64,000 nt of DNA from Planctomycetota bacterium (GCA_036125855.1 JAYZTT010000001.1:7917-71916), one strand, 5' to 3'. Shown: positions 19,476 through 29,112, counted from the first letter of the stretch. The notes: a model not told the origin generated them from the letters alone. Program-made: numbers and translations.

Positions 19476-20618
19476 TCAGGCCTCCAGCAAGTGTCTGGCG
19501 ATGATCAGGCGCTGGATCTGATTGGTTCCCTCGTAGATCTGCATCACCTTGGCATCGCGCATCAATTTTTCTACCGGATACTCTTTTGAATATCCGTAGC
19601 CGCCGAACACCTGCACCGCATCGGTGGCCGCTTTCATCGCAATGTCACCGGCAAAACATTTGGCCATCGAGCACTGCTTGGTGTTTCGTTGCCCCTGATC
19701 GATCATCCACGCTGATTGCCAGGTCAACAGTCGAGCCGCTTCCACATCCTTGGCGATGTCCGCCAGGATGAACTGGATCGCCTGCTGTCGGGCGATCGGC
19801 TTGCCAAAGGCTCTACGCTCCAGCGAATAACGAGTCGCCTCCTCCAGCGCTCTGCGGCCCACCCCCACCGCCGAGGCCGCCACTCCCGGGCGGGTCCGGT
19901 CAAAGGTACGCATGGCGATCCGAAATCCTTGACCTTCTGTGCCGATCCGATTGGCGGCCGGGATCTCCACGTCCTGAAAACTGATGAAGACGGTATTGGA
20001 TGCCCGTTGCCCCATCATGTCTTCTTTCTTACCCATCTCGATTCCTGGTGCATCGGCTGGCACCACGAAACAGGTAATCCCTTCGTAACCACTACCGGGA
20101 TCGGTGGTGGCAAAAAGGGTGAAGTATCGCGCCTGAGAGCCCCCCGACACCCATGCCTTGTTGCCGTTGAGAATGTATGAATCACCCTTGCGTACGGCGG
20201 AAGTGCTCAGTGAAGCGGCATCACTGCCCGCGTCCGGTTCCGACAAGCAGTAGGAAGCGGTGCAATGCTCAGAAGTTAACATTCCAAGCCACTTCTTCTT
20301 CTGGTCCTCATCGCCACCGATCTGGATCGGTACCGAAGAGAGATTGTTGACGGTCATGCTGATCGCCATTCCCGAACAACCGAAGGCCAGCTCCTCGGTG
20401 ATGAGAGCCTCCTCCATGTGGCCCAGAGATCCTCCGCCATACTGGTCATCGATGGTGACATTCAGTAAACCGAGCTCAAAGGCCTGGGCAGCGATGGCTG
20501 TGGGATACTCACCGGTACGGTCGTGGTGCTCTGCCACCGGAATGATCTCGTTTGCGACAAATTCTCGGGTCATGTCGACCAGCATCCGCTGTTCGTCAGA
20601 GAGCTCAAAGGATACCAT
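19476..20618 (-). CDS. Acyl-CoA dehydrogenase (short/medium-chain type)
   Basis: Start at the internal ATG (MVSFELSDEQRMLVDMTREFV...). C-terminal QIYEGTNQIQRLIIARHLL. The upstream 100 codons of the ORF are non-protein-like. Confidence 0.9.
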   Translation of the reverse strand: MVSFELSDEQRMLVDMTREFVANEIIPVAEHHDRTGEYPTAIAAQAFELGLLNVTIDDQYGGGSLGHMEEALITEELAFGCSGMAISMTVNNLSSVPIQIGGDEDQKKKWLGMLTSEHCTASYCLSEPDAGSDAASLSTSAVRKGDSYILNGNKAWVSGGSQARYFTLFATTDPGSGYEGITCFVVPADAPGIEMGKKEDMMGQRASNTVFISFQDVEIPAANRIGTEGQGFRIAMRTFDRTRPGVAASAVGVGRRALEEATRYSLERRAFGKPIARQQAIQFILADIAKDVEAARLLTWQSAWMIDQGQRNTKQCSMAKCFAGDIAMKAATDAVQVFGGYGYSKEYPVEKLMRDAKVMQIYEGTNQIQRLIIARHLLEA

Positions 20619-20772
20619 CGGGTGCCTTTCCAGCAGCAGGCCCATATCCGGCAAAAAGTCGAGCAAGAGCAGACTGATACCGCTCTCTGCGGTACTTTGT
20701 CTGCTGGGAGCGCAAGGCGCAAGAGCCAGTGGCCTGGTCACTGAGGGAAGTACATTTCGAGAGGAAAAACGG

Positions 20773-21846
20773 TTGGCGAAGGTACTGGTGGCGATGAGCG
20801 GTGGGGTTGACTCCAGCGTTGCTGCCCAATTACTGAAGGAGGAAGGGCACGAAGTGATCGGTGCCTTCCTGCGTCTCGGCGATGGAGGCCAGGCGGCCGA
20901 AAAGAGCCGCGCTTGCTGCACCGTTGAAGATGCGATCGATGCTCGACGTGTTGCCGATCGCCTCGAAATCCCCTTCTACTCTTTCAACTACGCCGAGCAG
21001 TTTCGAAAGATCATCGATTATTTTGTCGATGAGTACCGGGATGGGCGAACACCCAACCCGTGCGCCCGCTGCAACCAGTGGATCAAGTTTGACGTTTTTC
21101 ATGATCTGGCTCGTGATCTCGGAGCGGAATTCGTGGCCACCGGTCATTACGCAAGAGTATTACAAGCCGATGACGGGCCACGATTGGCGCGAGGACTCGA
21201 CCTCGATAAGGACCAGTCCTATTTTCTCGCCACGGTTCCCTACTCGGTATTGAGAGAATGTCTGTTCCCGGTTGGAGATCTTCGCAAGCCAGAAGTACGC
21301 GATATCGCGGGCTCTGCTGAACTCCCCGTCGTTCATAAAGCTGAGAGCCAAGAAATTTGCTTTGTCCCGGCAAACGATTACCGCCGTGTGATTCGCAAGG
21401 AAGCTCCCGAAAGTTTGCTGGAGGGAGACATCGTCGATGAATCCGGGGACAAGCTTGGTACTCATGAAGGCTATGCGGCCTATACCGTCGGCCAGCGACG
21501 TGGCCTGGGTATCGCCGCCACGGAACCTCGATACGTCGTTCGCACCGAACGCGAGACCAATCAAGTGGTGCTCGGCCCCCGTGACTCCTTGCTGGAAACG
21601 AAATTCTGCATATCGGAAATGAACTGGCTACAACCGGAAGTACCGCAGCTACCGTTGCGTTGCACGGTTCAAATCCGCCATGGAGGTACACCTCAAGCTT
21701 GTACGGCCCAGAGCTGCACCATCGATGATCAAGAGTTGATCGAGGTCATTCTGGATGAGCCGATCTTTGCCATTGCTGCAGGACAAGTGGCGGCTCTTTA
21801 TGATGGAGATGTTGTTCTCGGGGGCGGTTGGATCGAGAAGATCTGA
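20773..21846 (+). CDS. mnmA: tRNA 2-thiouridine(34) synthase MnmA
   Basis: PP-loop VAMSGGVDSSVAA, NPCARCN, and GHYAR. TTG start at 20773 after GAGGA. The long upstream part of ORF 20260.. is antisense to the dehydrogenase gene. Confidence 0.88.
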   Translation: MAKVLVAMSGGVDSSVAAQLLKEEGHEVIGAFLRLGDGGQAAEKSRACCTVEDAIDARRVADRLEIPFYSFNYAEQFRKIIDYFVDEYRDGRTPNPCARCNQWIKFDVFHDLARDLGAEFVATGHYARVLQADDGPRLARGLDLDKDQSYFLATVPYSVLRECLFPVGDLRKPEVRDIAGSAELPVVHKAESQEICFVPANDYRRVIRKEAPESLLEGDIVDESGDKLGTHEGYAAYTVGQRRGLGIAATEPRYVVRTERETNQVVLGPRDSLLETKFCISEMNWLQPEVPQLPLRCTVQIRHGGTPQACTAQSCTIDDQELIEVILDEPIFAIAAGQVAALYDGDVVLGGGWIEKI

Positions 21847-21882
21847 TCGGGAGTAGCTTTTTCCCTGCTGAAGAAAAAGAGT

Positions 21883-21916
21883 GTCGGGACCCTACCGGGT
21901 CCCGACCCTCTTTTAA
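21883..21916. terminator. Bidirectional rho-independent terminator between convergent mnmA and the giant surface-protein gene
   Basis: Perfect 10-bp stem GTCGGGACCC-TACC-GGGTCCCGAC, flanked by an A-run (GAAGAAAAAGAG) upstream and a T-run (CTCTTTTAATTT) downstream. Confidence 0.65.
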
Positions 21917-21921
21917 TTTCG

Positions 21922-24900
21922 CTAGTCAGATTCCAGGACCTCTACGGTTCCAGATGATTGCTCCGGCACCATCGATTCGGCATCGACAACAACGACTGTT
22001 CCGATAGCCGGCGTCCCCAGCGTGTCACAGAAATCTACCGTGGTGGTGCCCACGGCCAGTCCCTCGTAGGTCGCCAGATTGAGCTCGTATCCGAACCCAG
22101 GCGACAGCGAGAAGGAAGATGTGAAACTGATCACCACTCCGACGGTAAATCCATCCGGATGTACCTGAATGATGTTGAAGTCGGGCGACGAACCATTATT
22201 CATCAAGGCAATATCAGCGCCGTCATTGACCTCGAAGATGTTCAACCTAGCAGAGTCATGACAAACTCCAAAACTCCATGCCTGGACATCAGCACCATTA
22301 TTATCAAAGGTGATCGAGACCGTACCCGTGCCAGCCTCCTGCAAGGAAACATCCGATGCTCGTATGAGATAGTCGGGAGGCACTGTCACGTGAATACAAC
22401 TGGCACAACTCATCGAGCCAGTTCCACCTGGTCCTGTCACGACCAACGTCACCGTGTAATCACCCTCCTGGGTGTAGGTGTGCGTCGGACTCTGAATCGC
22501 TGACACGGCACCATCTCCAAAGTCCCACAGCCAGTTATCAATCGGCCCGATCGATGTATCTATGAAATTGACTGCCAGGTTGTAGTTACCACTCATCGGA
22601 GTCGCAATGAAACTGGCCACTGGAGCCGGATCGTTCACCGTGATGCTGAAGGAGCCAGCACCGATATTCCCTGAGTTGTCAACAGCGGTGTAGGTCACCT
22701 CGGTGACACCTACCGGGAACAGATCTCCGGGGAGATGAGTGCTGGTGAATGAAAGCACAGCACAGTTGTCACTGGCGAGTGGCTCATCCCAGATCACGAT
22801 TGCATCGCTCTGGCCAGTGTCTGCCGTCACGGTGATCTCTGTTGGCATTCCGGTGATGGCAGGTGCGACGGTATCCTCGACCGTCACCAGGAAGGAACTC
22901 ATCGAAGTGTTTCCGTTACCATCCGTGGCGGTATAGGTCACAAGGGTCGCTCCGACTGCGAAGCTATCACCCGGTGAATGATCCCCTGTTAACATCACAG
23001 TACCGCAGTTATCGGTCGCCATCGGATCTGGCCAGCTTGCTACTGCACTACAACTATCGGTGGTGTCCTCCAGCAAGATATCGGCGGGCATGCCCAGTAT
23101 GCTGGGATCTTCCTCATCGGAAACGGTAACAACAAACGAAATCGAGGAGCTGTTACTACTGGCGTCTGTCGCGGTGTAAGTCACCGTGGTCGACCCGATT
23201 GGGAAACTGTCTCCTGAATCGAAGTTGCTGGAAAGAGACACTGATCCACAGTTATCGGCTGGGATCGGATCACTCCACATCGCTGTCGCGGTGCACAGGC
23301 CTTGATCCGTGGTCAAATCCAGTGCAGCAGGAATTCCCGAGATGCCTGGAGCCTCGTCATCATGGATCGTAACGGTGAATGATCCGGTTGTAGAATTCCC
23401 CGAGGTATCACTCGCGGTATAGGTCACAACCGTATCGCCAAGTGGGAAAACAGTTCCGCTTGGTAAGTTGCTCGACAGGGTCAAAACTCCGCAGTTATCA
23501 CTGGCGGTCGGTTCCTGCCAGAACACCGAAGCACTACAAAGACCCGGCTCGGTATCCATCGTGACCTGGTCGGGCAATCCTGAAAGTGTCGGTTCTTCCG
23601 CATCAATCACCGTAACGGAGAAGGTATCCATCATCATGTTGCCGGTGTCATCGACAGCCATGTAGATCACCGTGGTAGTTCCCTGCTGGAAGGTAGCACC
23701 GGAGGCATAATCACCACTGATGAGCGCTCCAGGACAGTTATCGGTCACGGACGGCTCAGCCCACGTTGCAACTGCACTGCACTTTCCCGGATCCGTTTCC
23801 AGGATCAGGTCAGTGGACAATCCGACAATGGCGGGATCCTCGTTATCCTCGACCGTGATGGTGAAGGAACGAATCGAGCTGTTGCCGCTACCATCGAGTG
23901 CCGTGTAGGTCACCGTAGTAACACCAAGTGGGAAACTATCGCCGCTGCTGTGATCACTGCTCAGATCGGCCACAGCACAGTTATCAAGTCCAACAGGCTC
24001 GGACCAGGTCGCAGTAGCCCCGCACAACCCGGGATCTGTACTCAGGAGCATATCATTCGGTACTGCGGAGATCGTTGGAGCCTCTGTATCGGTGACGCTA
24101 ATCGAGAAGGACATCGAGCTCGTATTGCCGCTATTGTCGGTAGCGGTAAAGCTCACAAGCGTCGTTCCCACTTCAAACCTGTCTCCCGGGGAGTAGTCAC
24201 TCGTCAGGGTACTACCCCCGCAATTATCCGTCGCGATCGGATCAAGCCAGAAGTGCATCGCATCACAAGATCCATTGTCATTTTCCAGTACTACGTCCAT
24301 CGGCATCTGAGAGATCTGGGGATCTTCGATGTCACTGACCGTCACGGTGAACATATCCATCAGCATGTTTCCGCTCGAGTCGATGGCCATGTAGATCACC
24401 GTAGTGGTACCCAGTGAATAGAAATCGCCTGAACTGTGATCGCCATTGAGAGTCACCCCAGCGCAGTTATCTGTCGCGAGCGGTTCATCCCAGTTCACCA
24501 CGGCACCGCAGGAACCTGGATCATTCTCCAGGAACAGATCAGCGGGCATTCCGGAAAGTGCTGGATCCTCGGTATCGGCCACGGTGATCAGGAAAGAAGC
24601 CGTGGCACTATTACCACTGTCATCCATCACCGTGTAGGTAACCTGAGTCGTGCCCTGAGGAAAGCTATCGCCACTGCTGTAATCACTCGTCAGATCCAGG
24701 GCAGCGCAATTGTCTGTCGCCAGTGGAAGTGACCAGGTTGCCATTGCACTGCAACTACCCGGATCGTTCTCCAGCACCTGGTCCGATGGCATCAACAAGA
24801 TGAGGGGAGATTCAGTATCATTCACCGTCACCGTGAAGCTCAGCGAACTACTGTTTCCACTGGAATCGGTTGCAGTGTAGGTCACCGTCGTTGTACCCAC

Positions 24901-26694
24901 GTCAAAAATCTCGCCAGGAGTATGGTCACTGCTCAGTGTTACTCCAGAACAGTTATCCGTCACCATGGGATCTGCCCACATATGCTGAGCACCGCACATT
25001 CCGGCGTCATTACCAATTACTACGCCCATCGGCATCTGGGAAATCACCGGCTCTTCGGTATCGATAACGGTCACGCTAAACGAATCGGTACTGGTGTTGC
25101 CACTCGCATCGGTAGCCGTAAAGGTAACGGTTGTCGTTCCGAAGGAAAAACTCGCTCCCGAAGCATGGTCAGCGGAAAGGGTAACTCCTGGACAGTTGTC
25201 AGCGGCCGCTGGAAGGTCCCAGAGATGGATCGTATCGCACGATCCTTCAGCAGCGGAGAGAGTCGCGTCTGCAGGGATGTCGGCCAGAACAGGAGCTTCC
25301 AGGTCCTCTACCGTGATGGTGAAAGAACTGGAAGTACTATTACCAGCGGCATCCGTTGCCGTGTAGGTCACAACGGTAGAACCGAGAGGGAATGTATCTC
25401 CCGAGCTGAAGTCACCCGTTAAATCAGCCAGGCGAGCGTTGTCGGTTGCGCTCGGTTCATCCCAGGTGGCTACTGCCTGACAGGTCGCCGGATCGGTAGC
25501 GAGTGTCATATCAGCCGGCATATCAAAAATCACCGGCGCTTCGACATCGATCACGGTGATGCAAGATTGACAAATTGCTGTATCGGTTCCACCAGGACCC
25601 GTGACCAGCAAGGACACGGTGTAGATACCGGGCTGCTGATAAAGGTGAACCGGATTCAATTCAGTTGATTGATTATCAGCGCCACTGCCTGGATCCCCGA
25701 AATCCCATAGTCTGGAGTCGATGGCACCAGTTGAAAGATCAGACAATTGAACCGTCAACGGACCATCGCCCGAGGTGGGATTTGCACTGAACTCTGCTAC
25801 CGGCGGAGCATCGATGACCGTGATGCACGCATCACATACCATCGTGTCGCTTCCACCGGGACCGGTCACCAGCAATGAGACTGTATAGACCCCTGCCTCG
25901 GTGTAAAGATGACCTGGATTCAGCTCATCTGAAGTAGCACCATCGCCGAAGTCCCACAAACGGGAAGTGATGACACCGGTAGAGGCATCGGTAAAGGTGA
26001 CCAGTAAATCTTCAACTCCACTGGTCGGATCCATATCGAACCCAGCCGTTGGTGGCGGATCCAGCACCTCGATGCAGGAATCACATGTCGAGGTATCGGT
26101 TCCTCCCGGACCGGTGACCGTCAAGCTCACCGTGTAAATTCCAGCCAACGTGTAAAGGTGGGAAGGATTCAATTCGGTTGAAGTGGCTCCATCCCCAAAA
26201 TCCCACAACCGGCCATCGATGGGACCTGTTGAATCGTCGGTGAATTGAACAAGGAGATCGTAAGTACCACTTGTAGGATCCATCTGGAAGTTGGCAGCAG
26301 GAGGGGGTGCCGTTACGACAATGCAAGAGTCGCAGACGAAAGTATCTTTTCCCACTGGCCCGGTCACGGTCAAGGAAACGGCGTACTCACCACTTTCAGT
26401 GTAGGTATGAGAGGGATCTTGCTCTGTCGAAGTGGTCCCATCACCGAAATCCCACAGATAGGAATCGATGTCACCCGTCGAGGTGTCGGTAAAAACCACC
26501 TCGAGATCGTAGGTTCCACTGGTTGGCGTAGCGTCAAAGCTCGCAACCGGGGCCACCTGAACGTCTGCGCTACCTCCACCACCACCACAACCAGCGGTGA
26601 ACAGGGTGAGTAACACAGCTAAAGACAAGAATAGAGAGCCGCGACCCACACCCGTCACAGAGAATGAAAGATTAGTGTTCATTCCGTACCTCAT
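21922..26694 (-). CDS. Giant cell-surface protein with signal/lipoprotein-like N-terminus, 4 PKD domains, 12 HYR repeats, 1 PKD domain and a C-terminal cohesin-like domain
   Basis: N-terminus SLFLSLAVLLTLFTAGCGGGGGS. PKD signature WDFGDG...YTVSLTVTGPGG occurs 5 times. The roughly 81-aa HYR unit (..P.D....D.G.C.A...W..P.ATDNC......S....G..F..G.T.VTYTA.D.SGN...SF.VTV.D) occurs 12 times. Candidate starts are GTG 26709, ATG 26694 and ATG 26682. Confidence 0.9.
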   Translation of the reverse strand: MRYGMNTNLSFSVTGVGRGSLFLSLAVLLTLFTAGCGGGGGSADVQVAPVASFDATPTSGTYDLEVVFTDTSTGDIDSYLWDFGDGTTSTEQDPSHTYTESGEYAVSLTVTGPVGKDTFVCDSCIVVTAPPPAANFQMDPTSGTYDLLVQFTDDSTGPIDGRLWDFGDGATSTELNPSHLYTLAGIYTVSLTVTGPGGTDTSTCDSCIEVLDPPPTAGFDMDPTSGVEDLLVTFTDASTGVITSRLWDFGDGATSDELNPGHLYTEAGVYTVSLLVTGPGGSDTMVCDACITVIDAPPVAEFSANPTSGDGPLTVQLSDLSTGAIDSRLWDFGDPGSGADNQSTELNPVHLYQQPGIYTVSLLVTGPGGTDTAICQSCITVIDVEAPVIFDMPADMTLATDPATCQAVATWDEPSATDNARLADLTGDFSSGDTFPLGSTVVTYTATDAAGNSTSSSFTITVEDLEAPVLADIPADATLSAAEGSCDTIHLWDLPAAADNCPGVTLSADHASGASFSFGTTTVTFTATDASGNTSTDSFSVTVIDTEEPVISQMPMGVVIGNDAGMCGAQHMWADPMVTDNCSGVTLSSDHTPGEIFDVGTTTVTYTATDSSGNSSSLSFTVTVNDTESPLILLMPSDQVLENDPGSCSAMATWSLPLATDNCAALDLTSDYSSGDSFPQGTTQVTYTVMDDSGNSATASFLITVADTEDPALSGMPADLFLENDPGSCGAVVNWDEPLATDNCAGVTLNGDHSSGDFYSLGTTTVIYMAIDSSGNMLMDMFTVTVSDIEDPQISQMPMDVVLENDNGSCDAMHFWLDPIATDNCGGSTLTSDYSPGDRFEVGTTLVSFTATDNSGNTSSMSFSISVTDTEAPTISAVPNDMLLSTDPGLCGATATWSEPVGLDNCAVADLSSDHSSGDSFPLGVTTVTYTALDGSGNSSIRSFTITVEDNEDPAIVGLSTDLILETDPGKCSAVATWAEPSVTDNCPGALISGDYASGATFQQGTTTVIYMAVDDTGNMMMDTFSVTVIDAEEPTLSGLPDQVTMDTEPGLCSASVFWQEPTASDNCGVLTLSSNLPSGTVFPLGDTVVTYTASDTSGNSTTGSFTVTIHDDEAPGISGIPAALDLTTDQGLCTATAMWSDPIPADNCGSVSLSSNFDSGDSFPIGSTTVTYTATDASSNSSSISFVVTVSDEEDPSILGMPADILLEDTTDSCSAVASWPDPMATDNCGTVMLTGDHSPGDSFAVGATLVTYTATDGNGNTSMSSFLVTVEDTVAPAITGMPTEITVTADTGQSDAIVIWDEPLASDNCAVLSFTSTHLPGDLFPVGVTEVTYTAVDNSGNIGAGSFSITVNDPAPVASFIATPMSGNYNLAVNFIDTSIGPIDNWLWDFGDGAVSAIQSPTHTYTQEGDYTVTLVVTGPGGTGSMSCASCIHVTVPPDYLIRASDVSLQEAGTGTVSITFDNNGADVQAWSFGVCHDSARLNIFEVNDGADIALMNNGSSPDFNIIQVHPDGFTVGVVISFTSSFSLSPGFGYELNLATYEGLAVGTTTVDFCDTLGTPAIGTVVVVDAESMVPEQSSGTVEVLESD
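22630..25542 (-). repeat. Intragenic tandem array of 12 HYR-domain coding units (about 243 nt each)
   Basis: Counted from the translated protein (aa about 390-1360). The repeat boundaries E/D-x-P-x-I/L recur every roughly 81 aa. Confidence 0.8.
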
Positions 26695-26710
26695 AGACTT
26701 TCCCACCACT

Positions 26711-26730
26711 CCGATTTTTGGAAAAATCGG
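26711..26730. promoter_or_regulatory. Perfect 9-bp inverted repeat in the leader of the giant surface-protein gene (possible operator or 5' hairpin)
   Basis: CCGATTTTT-GG-AAAAATCGG read directly from the sequence. It lies 2-29 nt upstream of the candidate start codons. Confidence 0.35.
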
Positions 26731-27068
26731 AATGCACTCATCAAGGTCAATGTGGAACGAGAGAAGTTCCCCCTTGAAAACCAGACCCCTTTACCGCTTT
26801 CCCCGAAACTGTGAGGGAGGTCCTGCACTCACAACTCGCTATCTATCGATATGTGGTCTCAGGCCCTCATCCGTCTATAATTTTCTGGAGGCATGCGTAG
26901 GAACGGCGCAGATGATAATTATTCAGGTCTAGTCAGAAGAGTTCGGTGTGCCTTGATAATCGATCAGAATGGATCAACAGGAATTGATGATCAGAGGATC
27001 GGTTCTTGAGAGGGATGGACAGTCTGATGGAACGAAAGATCGCCGAAATGTAGCCCAGATCGGCTCAA

Positions 27069-28037
27069 TCAGCGTCTTCGCTTGGCCATGATCTGATCGG
27101 CGAACTGCTGTAATTGTTCCGTGATGGTCTTTACCCCGTTTGCGGTGATCTTGTCACGTGTACTTTCGACCATTTGAACGAAATGAGCACGCTCTTCCGG
27201 TTGAACCGGGCATCCGATGTTGCCTTCGGGGCCATCACCAGTGACCAAAGCCTTGCCAGTAGAATCCAGAATCACCATCCAGGGGATTCCACCGCGATCC
27301 GTTCCACGCAAACGCCTGGCCACTTCCTTGCCATTGCTCATCCGATCAACATCAATTTTGAGATCGATATAATCACGAGCCATTACTTCCGCAACTTTTT
27401 GGGTCCCGAGGAACTCCTCGAGTCTGCCGCACCATCCTCACCACGGCGCTCCCAGGTGAACCAGCACCTTACGACCGTCCTTTTTTGCCTGTTCCAGGGC
27501 AGCTGCAAGTTCCTTTTCGGCATCCTGAGGAGGAGCCTTCTTTGATTGCAGAAAGGCCTCGACCTTGGCACTGTCGTGATGATCGTCTTTCTCAAGATCT
27601 CCGGTGTTCTGGTTCGCCACGACGGCTCCATTGCCATCGAGAATCGTCAGATAAGGAACACCTTTCTTCTTCAAAGAAGCTCCATACTTGTTGACGATGT
27701 CGATGTTCTTATCGAAGCGCCCGATATCGACCTTGACCAGCTCGTATTCGTATCGAACCGTGCGAGCTACAGTTCGGTCTTTCTTGAAGAACTCATCGAG
27801 CTTGACACACCAACCACACCAGTTGCCACCGTACACGACCAACACACGCGTGTTGTTTTTCCTGGCTCGAGCCACTGCTTTCTCGATATCGGCCGATGCG
27901 TTCGCCTCGACATCATAGACGGCAATCACTTGTTTTTTGGGTTTGCTGGGTTCCGTTTCCTGACCCATCACGGGTACCTCGAATACCAGCAGGGTCAAAA
28001 TCACCACCAGTGACAATGCATGGATGTGGTTTTTCAT
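27069..28037 (-). CDS. Secreted tandem thioredoxin-fold protein with an in-frame UGA at 27438..27440 (candidate selenocysteine, UxxC). The ORF track splits it into 27438..28037 and 27069..27383.
   Basis: Signal peptide MKNHIHALSLVVILTLLVFEVPVMG. Domain 1 has GNWCGWCVKLDEFF. Domain 2 reads GAPW-TGA-GWCGRLEEFL in the same frame, and that frame continues without further stops into ORF 27069..27383. Confidence 0.6.
27405..27422 (-). promoter_or_regulatory. SECIS-like hairpin downstream of the in-frame UGA
   Basis: The mRNA CUCGAGG-AGUU-CCUCGGG forms a 7-bp stem (one G-U pair) with a GU-containing tetraloop. It starts 15 nt after the UGA. Confidence 0.4.
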
Positions 28038-28231
28038 CGATGAGTTCCCCGATCAATCTCTCATGAGTCCCTGAAGGTCCAGGCAAACGAAGGTACGGTC
28101 AATGTACTCTCCGGACCTCGATCAGGATAGAATTATTAAAGTGCGCCGGAAATCTGTCAGAGGATCCTATGCGCTGGCATGAACAGGCTTCTTCGAGGAT
28201 GCTACCCCAGACCAGAGAGGACTGAGGACCG

Positions 28232-28717
28232 ATGGATGATCGCTGGATCCGTGAACAAATTGACAACTGGGTCTCCGATTTTCTCATCGACGATGCCGGT
28301 GACCGTGTCGATTCAACTCTTGCGCCTCACGCTCAGGCGGTCCTGGTCACCTTCCTCCGTCATGCCTGCTCGGTTCGACAGATCAAACCGGAAGCCATCG
28401 AGGAACAAGACGTCCGCGCAGGACTTCTCGATGGTCTTCGTTCCCTGGCGATCCCCGAACCGGTGCAAGGTCAGGTCGCACAACTGGTCGGTGATTTTCT
28501 GGCTGACCTTCAACGAAGGGGACGACTTGCCGATGGAGAATCGCATCAGCGTCTGGTGCAGGCGCTAAATGATGGCTTCATGCGGGGTCAGCGAGGTGAA
28601 GTGGAATCGATCGACCGGGTTGCATCCAAGATTGGTCGCAATGATCCTTGTCCCTGTGGAAGCGGGCGTAAATACAAGCAGTGCTGTCTCAATCTCCTGG
28701 GAGACGGCTCAAAATAG
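28232..28717 (+). CDS. SEC-C motif-containing protein (function unknown)
   Basis: The C-terminal [16 protein letters not shown] is the SecA-type metal-binding SEC-C motif. GAGGA RBS. Confidence 0.7.
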   Translation: MDDRWIREQIDNWVSDFLIDDAGDRVDSTLAPHAQAVLVTFLRHACSVRQIKPEAIEEQDVRAGLLDGLRSLAIPEPVQGQVAQLVGDFLADLQRRGRLADGESHQRLVQALNDGFMRGQRGEVESIDRVASKIGRNDPCPCGSGRKYKQCCLNLLGDGSK

Positions 28718-28728
28718 CGGAGGTTTCA

Positions 28729-29112
28729 TTGGAAAAGGTAATCGGTATCGGAGGAGTGTTTATTCGTGCACGCGATCCGGTTCTGCTGGCGAGCTGGTAC
28801 AAAGAACACCTGGGTCTTGCCATCGAGGAGGAGTGGAACGGTGCCATCTTGCCGGGCCTTGATCGAGTCGAAAAAGGTACCGGAGGCATCTGGAGCGCTT
28901 TCCCGCAGGATACAAATTACTTCGGCTCCGATCAGAACCAGTTCATGATCAATTTCCGGGTCGCTGATCGCGATGCGATGCTGGCACAGCTGAGGGCCGC
29001 TGACTGCAACGTCGATGAAAAAACCGAGGATAGCGAATATGGCCATTTCGGCTGGGTCACCGATCCGGAAGGAAACCGAGTAGAACTGTGGCAAGCGCCG
29101 ACCACCTCATGA
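28729..29112 (+). CDS. VOC / glyoxalase-bleomycin-resistance family protein
   Basis: IGIGGVFIRARDPVLLASWYKEHLGL and GHFGWVTDPEGNRVELW are typical of the VOC fold. TTG at 28729 after GCGGAGG is preferred over the GTG at 28681, which overlaps the previous gene. Confidence 0.7.
   Translation: MEKVIGIGGVFIRARDPVLLASWYKEHLGLAIEEEWNGAILPGLDRVEKGTGGIWSAFPQDTNYFGSDQNQFMINFRVADRDAMLAQLRAADCNVDEKTEDSEYGHFGWVTDPEGNRVELWQAPTTS

Noticed and set aside
20260-20772. Long N-terminal extension of the mnmA ORF (and similarly 1963..2223 for the glycosyltransferase, and 20619..20921 for the acyl-CoA dehydrogenase)
   Set aside because: The extensions run antisense through the divergent neighbouring gene and look non-protein-like. 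Conserved N-termini and RBS-supported internal starts (TTG 20773, ATG 2224, ATG 20618) fit better.
22630-25542. Regular roughly 243-nt periodic repeats (and the 12/18-nt repeat at 30907..31040) as possible CRISPR-like arrays
   Set aside because: Both are in-frame coding repeats (HYR domains and the TonB Pro-rich spacer). They have no unique spacers and no cas genes nearby.
26597-26932. 111-aa plus-strand ORF in the non-coding region upstream of the giant gene, and the 69-aa ORF at 10202..10411
   Set aside because: Neither has an RBS. Both have odd composition and overlap the start regions of better-supported genes. They are most likely promoter/leader DNA.
27069-27383. Treating ORF 27069..27383 as an independent 104-aa gene
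   Set aside because: On its own it would be a thioredoxin fold missing its first strand and its redox motif. It is in frame with the upstream ORF across a single TGA that aligns with the catalytic Cys of the paralogous domain. A pseudogene (a Cys-to-stop mutation) remains the alternative to Sec.
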